From: Mesotaenium endlicherianum
Lineage: Eukaryota
NCBI GenBank assembly: GCA_009602735.1
Contig: WELA01002751.1
Coordinates: 293,764 to 327,228 of the forward strand
Reading direction: 5' to 3'
DNA length: 33,465 bases
This document shows positions 28,070 to 33,465 of this stretch, piece by piece (position 1 is the first letter of the stretch; each line of letters begins with the position of its first letter). The translations under genes and the position numbers were made by a program. The notes beneath the pieces are model-generated. The model ran no database searches. It was given only the letters and a program-made list of their open reading frames with translations, and had not been told where the DNA came from.

Positions 28070-28571
28070 TGTAGTGATTTGAGTTATTGTATATTAGTTT
28101 GCATATATTTTAATGTTTTCAAATATATTTGGAGTAGTTTTGTGTGGATTCAAGTGTGAATAGGTACTCTTGTGACTTGGTTCATGTCCTTTGAACCTTC
28201 CAAGGCATTTTCGAAGTTAGAGGAAAGACCTAGAAGAACTCTACGTGGCAAAAGTCAACGTGCCATTTTTAGGTCAAAAGGACATGTGTACATTATTCTA
28301 GAAAGAGGTGGCAAGTTTTGGGATGTGTTGGGCGCCAACACATCAACATACACCTTCCTAGAAATTACTTATTTAGCAAGTATATATACAAGAGCTAGAA
28401 CATAGAAAGACATTCCAGAATCACTCTTGTACTTGCCAAAATCCAGAAATATATTAACTTTCAAGAAGCCATCTCTCTTTCAAGAAGCTACCACTTGTGT
28501 TAAAAGATCCTTGTCTTGAATAGATAAAGTATTATACTTCACTAAGTACTTCGTCTATCTGTTTCACTACA
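28070..28571 (+). repeat. 5' LTR (502 bp)
   Basis: Perfect 8-bp inverted termini TGTAGTGA (28070-28077) and TCACTACA (28564-28571). TATATA at ~28381. Directly followed by the PBS. Confidence 0.85.
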
Positions 28572-28572
28572 G

Positions 28573-28584
28573 TGGTATCGGAGC
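28573..28584 (+). promoter_or_regulatory. Primer-binding site for initiator tRNA-Met
   Basis: TGGTATCGGAGC one nt after the LTR end. The canonical plant iMet PBS is TGGTATCAGAGC; the change is G:U-compatible. Confidence 0.88.
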
Positions 28585-28608
28585 TAGGCACTTTGGTAGC
28601 ACAAGAAG

Positions 28609-29889
28609 ATGGCCGATCCTCAAGACCAACAGCAAGCTTTCGAAGGAAGCCCTTCCTCTCCAAGACACCCTCCTCCAGCGCCGATGGGAGAGCCCACTCA
28701 AGAAAATTTGCAACAACAAGAAGCACCACAAGGAGGAGGACACCCTCCTCCAGCGTCAATGTGAGAGCCTACTCAAGGAAATCTGCAACAACAAGAAGCA
28801 CCACAAGGAGGAGCACCGTCAAATCCCGTGGCAGCCGCTATAGCAAAGTTGACCCCACCACAAGGAGTTCCCGCAAATGAGTGGGCAGCCTTCCTAATGA
28901 CCGTCCACAACCAAGTGGGCTTGGCCACCTATGAAGCAACCGTGCAAGCGTCAAGAGAAGCTATGGCTGCCATGGTTGCCCCTATTGCGAGCAATGCTCA
29001 AAATCCAGCCCCGGCTCAAGCGCCTCCACAAGAGCCAACGAGAGCAAGGAAACTCATCAAGCCCGGCAAACCCGACACTTTCAACCCCGGGAAAGGTGCC
29101 AACCTGAATTTATGGCTCTACCAAGTGGAGACGTACCTCGCGTTCCTTGAAGTACCCGAGGAGGACTACGTTCCCTTTGCCGTTACCTTACTTAGAGGAG
29201 CAGCAACATCATGGTGGCGTAACTATCAAGCGGCTATATATCAAGCTATGGCGCACCCCATGCTCGGCCAAGAGCCCCCACCATCATATGCAAGATGGGC
29301 AGATTTTCGTGAGGCCCTCAAGAAGCAATTCATGCCCATCAATGCGGAGAAGATTGCCCGAGGAAAGCTCCACCATCTCAAGCAAACGACGTCCGTTCAA
29401 GAGTATACATCCAGATTTCACGCCCTCACTCTTGAGATCCCCAACATGTCTCTCGAGGAGAAGATTGACCGTTACATCTTTGGCCTCAAACCCAAGGTGG
29501 CAAAGGAAGTGGAGTTACGCGACTTGACGGACTTCTCAAAGATCATTGAAGTGGCCCAAAAGGTGGATACCTTGGATTTCAAGCACTCCGTGCCTTCATC
29601 TTCACGGGTACCGACGACGCGGGTGTACGCAGCCCCTTCCACATCCGAATCTGGACCCACACCCATGGAAATCGAAGTTATTAAAAGGGACCCCGCGGTT
29701 GCTCGGAAGAGTGGAAGACCCTCCAATGACACTTATGATGCAAGAAACCAGCAAGGAGTGAAAGCAAGACTCTCCCCGGCTGAAAAAGAAGCTCTCATGA
29801 CGGCTGGACTATGCTTCTATTGCAAGGAAAAGGGCCATCGTGCACTTTCATGCCCCAAAAAGTTGTCAAAAAACGGACAGCGCCGGTAG
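28609..29889 (+). CDS. gag: Gag (retrotransposon capsid plus CCHC zinc knuckle), with a premature TGA at 28762
   Basis: ATG 28609 is in the same frame as ORF 28828-29889. Motifs: [78 protein letters not shown]. Confidence 0.9.
28664..28813 (+). repeat. 2 x 75-bp in-frame tandem repeat in the gag N-terminus
   Basis: 28664-28738 versus 28739-28813, encoding [24 protein letters not shown] and [23 protein letters not shown]. Confidence 0.9.
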
Positions 29890-32374
29890 GCCAGGAGCCT
29901 ACCACCCCAAGACCCACTTCACGAGAAGGCAACACGCCAAGTGAGGTGGAGACCCCCGTTGAAGACGACGTTCCAGCCCCAATGAGTTTGAGAGGTTACC
30001 TTGGAGGAGAGAAGGTCCACATCTTGGTGGATAGCGGAGCTCAAGGCAACTTCATTGCTGCAGATTTTGCCACCAAGCACGGTATTACTATGCGAACTCT
30101 TGACCACGACGAGGAGATTATGATGCCCGATGGATTCTCCTATACTACCCCTTCCAAGAAGACGTACCCCTTGGCACTCTCTATCAAGTCCTTCAAGGAT
30201 CGAGTAGTGTTCTCCCCCATGCAATTGGGCAAGTACGACGTCATCCTAGGGACGCCTTGGTTTACCAAGCACAACCCCCAAGTTGATTGGAGGAGCGGTC
30301 TTATCGAGATCAAGAATGACATCACTTCAAGAATCTGTATTTTGCGCGCAATCCAGAATATCCAGACCCAAGACATCCAGAAGCCGACACACGAGATACT
30401 ATTGTCCGCCCTCCAACTCAAGAGACTTGTGAGGAAGGAACACGAGCTTCTTTTGGCTTTGATCACGCCAAAAGACATCAAGAAAGACATCGAGAGTCAA
30501 GAAGGCAGCCCCGTTCCCAAGGAGATACAAGAAGTCTTAGAGGACTACAAAGAAGTGTTCTCCCCGGAATTGCCCAAGGGCCTACCCCCCAAAAGATTCG
30601 TAGACCACAAGATAGAGTTGGAGCCCGGAAGCAAGCCCATCTCTCGGCCTACGTTCAAAATGTCATACACGGAGCTAGACGAAGTCAAGAAGCAAATCAA
30701 GGAGCTACTGGAGCATGGCTTCATTCGACCTAGCAAGTCGCCATTTGGAGCCCCGGTGCTATTTGTCAAGAAGAAAGATGGTACCTTGAGGATGTGTGTG
30801 GACTATCGCGCCCTCAACAAGATCACCATCAAGAATCGATACCCGCTGCCGCGCATGGATGAGCTCATGGACCGGCTGGTTGGAGCCAAGTACTTCACGA
30901 AGATTGACTTACGGAGCGGCTACCACCAGATTCGCATCGCAGAACCGGACATAGAGAAGACGGCATTCAGGACAAGATATGGACATTTTGAGTTCATGGT
31001 CCTGCCATTTGGACTCACCAACGCGCCAGCAACTTTCATGACTATGATGAACACCATATTTCAGCCCATGTTGGACAGATTTGTGGTGGTATTCATCGAT
31101 GACATCCTTATCTACAGCAAGACCCTTGAAGAGCATGCGAGACACTTGAAAGAAGTCCTTGAAGTATTGAAGCAAAACAAGCTATTTGCGAAGGAGTCAA
31201 AGTGCGAGTTTGCCAAACAAGAAGTGGAGTTCCTAGGTCTCCACGTGACTGCTGATGGCATCAAGATGGACCCCAAGAAGACCACGGTGGTGGAGGAATG
31301 GCCAACCCCCACGACCAAGAAAGAACTCCAGTCATTCTTGGGATTTGCCAATTGGTACAGAAAATTCATCCAAGGCTTCTCGCACATAGCAGCCCCCCTG
31401 ACAGATCTACTCAAGAAGGACAGGCTATATACATGGACCGAGAAAGAGGAAGAGGCATTTCAAGAGTTAAAGCGAAGATTGACCACATCCCCGTTGCTCA
31501 CTCTCCCGAGTCCAAACCCAGATTGGCCCTTCCACGTCATCACCGATGCATCTTCCTATGCAACAGGAGCAATCCTGCTTCAAGACCAAGGCAAGGGACT
31601 GCAGCCCATTGCCTACGAGTCAAGAAAGCTAAATCCGGCCGAGCAAAATNNNNNNNNNNNNNNNNNNNAAGAGGCATTGGCNGACTGTACACATGCCTTG
31701 AAGGTGTGGCGCTGCTACGTTGAAGGACGCAAGGTACTGGTCACCACGGACCACGAGGCGTTAAAGCACCTCCAGACGCAGCCGTATCTCTCAAGGAGAC
31801 AAGCAAGATGGAGCGGATACTTGCAACAATACAACATCACGATTCAGTACCAGCCCGGCAAGACAAACCCGGCTGACCCCCTCTCAAGACTGCAATTAAA
31901 TGCAGTGATGGTATCCCTGAAGACAGATCTGGAAGCTCGATTTTTAGCCGCCTATGAAAGAGACCCTTACTACAAGAACGGAGAAGCAGCCTCGGACCCA
32001 TACAAGAAGCAAGAAGGCAATTATTAGGTGAGGCAAGACTCGGGCCAGAGATGTGTTCCTAATGACTTAGACCTCCGGCTCTTGCTTCTACGAGAAGCAC
32101 ACGACAACCCTCTTGGAGGACACTTTGGAATCCTAAAGACCACAGGCGTTCTAGCCAGGACTTATTGTTGGCCAGGCATGTCAAAGCAAGTCAAGGAGTA
32201 CTGCAGGAGCTGTGACACATGCCAAAGAGTCAAGCCATCATCCCAAAAGGCGGGAGGACTCCTCCAACCACTACCAATCCCGGAAAGGCAATGGACGGAC
32301 ATCTCAATGGACCTTATCGTGGACCTGCCCGTGACACCTCGAGGCCATAATGCAATACTCACGGTGGTGGACAG
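29811..32374 (+). CDS. pol: Pol polyprotein: aspartic protease, RT, RNase H, integrase N-terminus (internal TAG at 32025, truncated)
   Basis: Protease LVDSGA. RT motifs [55 protein letters not shown]. RNase H motifs [16 protein letters not shown]. Integrase [10 protein letters not shown]...CDTCQ and WTDISMD. Confidence 0.95.
29868..29903 (+). promoter_or_regulatory. -1 programmed ribosomal frameshift signal at the gag/pol overlap
   Basis: A_AAA_AAC heptamer (29868-29874) is in gag phase. A downstream 7-bp hairpin is GGTAGGC/GCCTACC (29885-29891/29897-29903). pol is in the -1 frame. Confidence 0.8.
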
Positions 32375-33465
32375 TGTAAGGTCATAGATTTATAAAGTGC
32401 ATTTTTGAGTTTCATGAAAGTATGTTTTGATTGTATAGCATTTTTGTGGTCATTTTGATATAAAAATCATCGAATTTGGTCAAGTATTGAGAGAGTTATG
32501 GATTTCCGAAGTTTAATTAGTTTTGAGGTCGGTTGACGACTGTCCTTAATTCGCGGTGAGCGCGACCGTCGGATTGACCGACAGCGTCGAGCGATCTGGC
32601 CCGTTAGAATGAACTCGAACCTTCACGTAAGTTCGGCTGANNNNNNNNNNAGATTTATAAAGTGCATTTTTGAGTTTCATGAAAGTATGTTTTGATTGTA
32701 TAGCATTTTTGTGGTCATTTTGATATAAAAATCATCGAATTTGGTCAAGTATTGAGAGAGTTATGGATTTCCGAAGTTTAATTAGTTTTGAGGTCGGTTG
32801 ACGACTGTCCTTAATTCGCGGTGAGCGCGACCGTCGGATTGACCGACAGCGTCGAGCGATCTGGCCCGTTAGAATGAACTCGAACCTTCACGTAAGTTCG
32901 GCTGACGCGGAGTGCCGACTAGGTCGATTTACCTAGAAGTTTCGGTTTAGCCTAGCGCGTCTAAGATAGAATATTCTAGTAATGTCGATGCATGTATGTG
33001 GACGTCAATTCGGCCCGACACGTCAGATTAGACTGATCTGGCTTACTCACGAATATTCTGGAAGGGACGATTTGACGAACACTTAGGAAAATCCGTAGCT
33101 TCCTCCTAGGGGGGAGAACTTAGGCAGAAAATTATAAATAGGCATAACTTCTTTGTTTCTTATCAGTTTTCACTTCTGTAAATTTCTACGGGTTTGTAAT
33201 GACAAGGCCTTTCATCCTACATCATTTGTGAGCAGTTTCTTGCTACTCAAAATGTTGAGTAATTTTCCTAAGCTTTGTTAGTGATATGCCGCTGCACTCT
33301 CTAGTATGATGGCAACTAGTTCCTTTCCTCGTGAGTCACTACGCTTCCACTAGGGCACTCTGCCCCTTTCATCTGGGCACTCTGCCCCTTTCAAGAGGGG
33401 ACTCAAGCCAACTGTGGCCAAGGAAGTGGCGCTCAAGGACCCTACCAGTCTTGGAGAAATGATGG
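32375..33465 (+). mobile_element. Start of another element (LTR-like) inserted into the integrase
   Basis: Integrase coding stops abruptly at ...GTGGACAG|TGTAAGG. It is followed by AT-richer non-coding DNA with TATAAATAG at ~33133 and a 19-nt direct repeat at 33353-33371/33375-33393. Confidence 0.7.
32386..32905. repeat. Exact 255-bp duplication (32386-32640 = 32651-32905) flanking a 10-N gap; probable assembly overlap
   Basis: Identical sequence lies on each side of nnnnnnnnnn at 32641-32650. Confidence 0.85.

Larger units (their letters stand above)
28070..32374 (+). mobile_element. Ty3/gypsy LTR retrotransposon (chromovirus-like RT), 5' LTR to mid-integrase, inactivated and interrupted
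   Basis: LTR, PBS, gag and PR-RT-RH-INT occur in gypsy order. Stops at 28762-28764 and 32025-32027. The integrase is cut at 32374. Confidence 0.95.

Noticed and set aside
32386..32905. Apparent 255-bp tandem repeat or satellite
   Set aside because: Identical copies flank a 10-N scaffold gap, so an assembly artefact is the simpler explanation.

Overview
Eukaryotic genomic DNA with GT-AG introns rich in (CA)n/(GA)n and G-runs, plus assembly gaps. The plant-type genes suggest a green or streptophyte alga (inference). In order, the window holds: (1) the 5' six exons of a mitochondrial NADPH:adrenodoxin oxidoreductase gene (-), running off the left edge; (2) a head-to-head 7-exon CAP10/GT90 glycosyltransferase gene (+), crossed by a 980-bp duplication that is probably an assembly artefact; (3) an RNase MRP RNA gene (-, ~12291-12561) between two convergent 3' ends; (4) a complete 10-exon plastid threonine synthase gene (-); (5) an AT-rich decayed coding remnant, possibly Ulp1-like; (6) an intronless F-box/LRR gene (-); (7) a nested retrotransposon block: a decayed Ty3/gypsy RT, LTR-like DNA, a Ty3/gypsy element with a 502-bp LTR, tRNA-iMet PBS, gag, a -1 frameshift signal and pol, and a further LTR-like insertion that cuts its integrase. 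The most interesting unexplained signals are the TATA-less MRP RNA just behind the threonine synthase stop, and structured segments in three consecutive introns of the reductase gene. One of those segments lies behind a USE+TATA arrangement with plant U6-promoter spacing. All structure calls are by eye, not computed.
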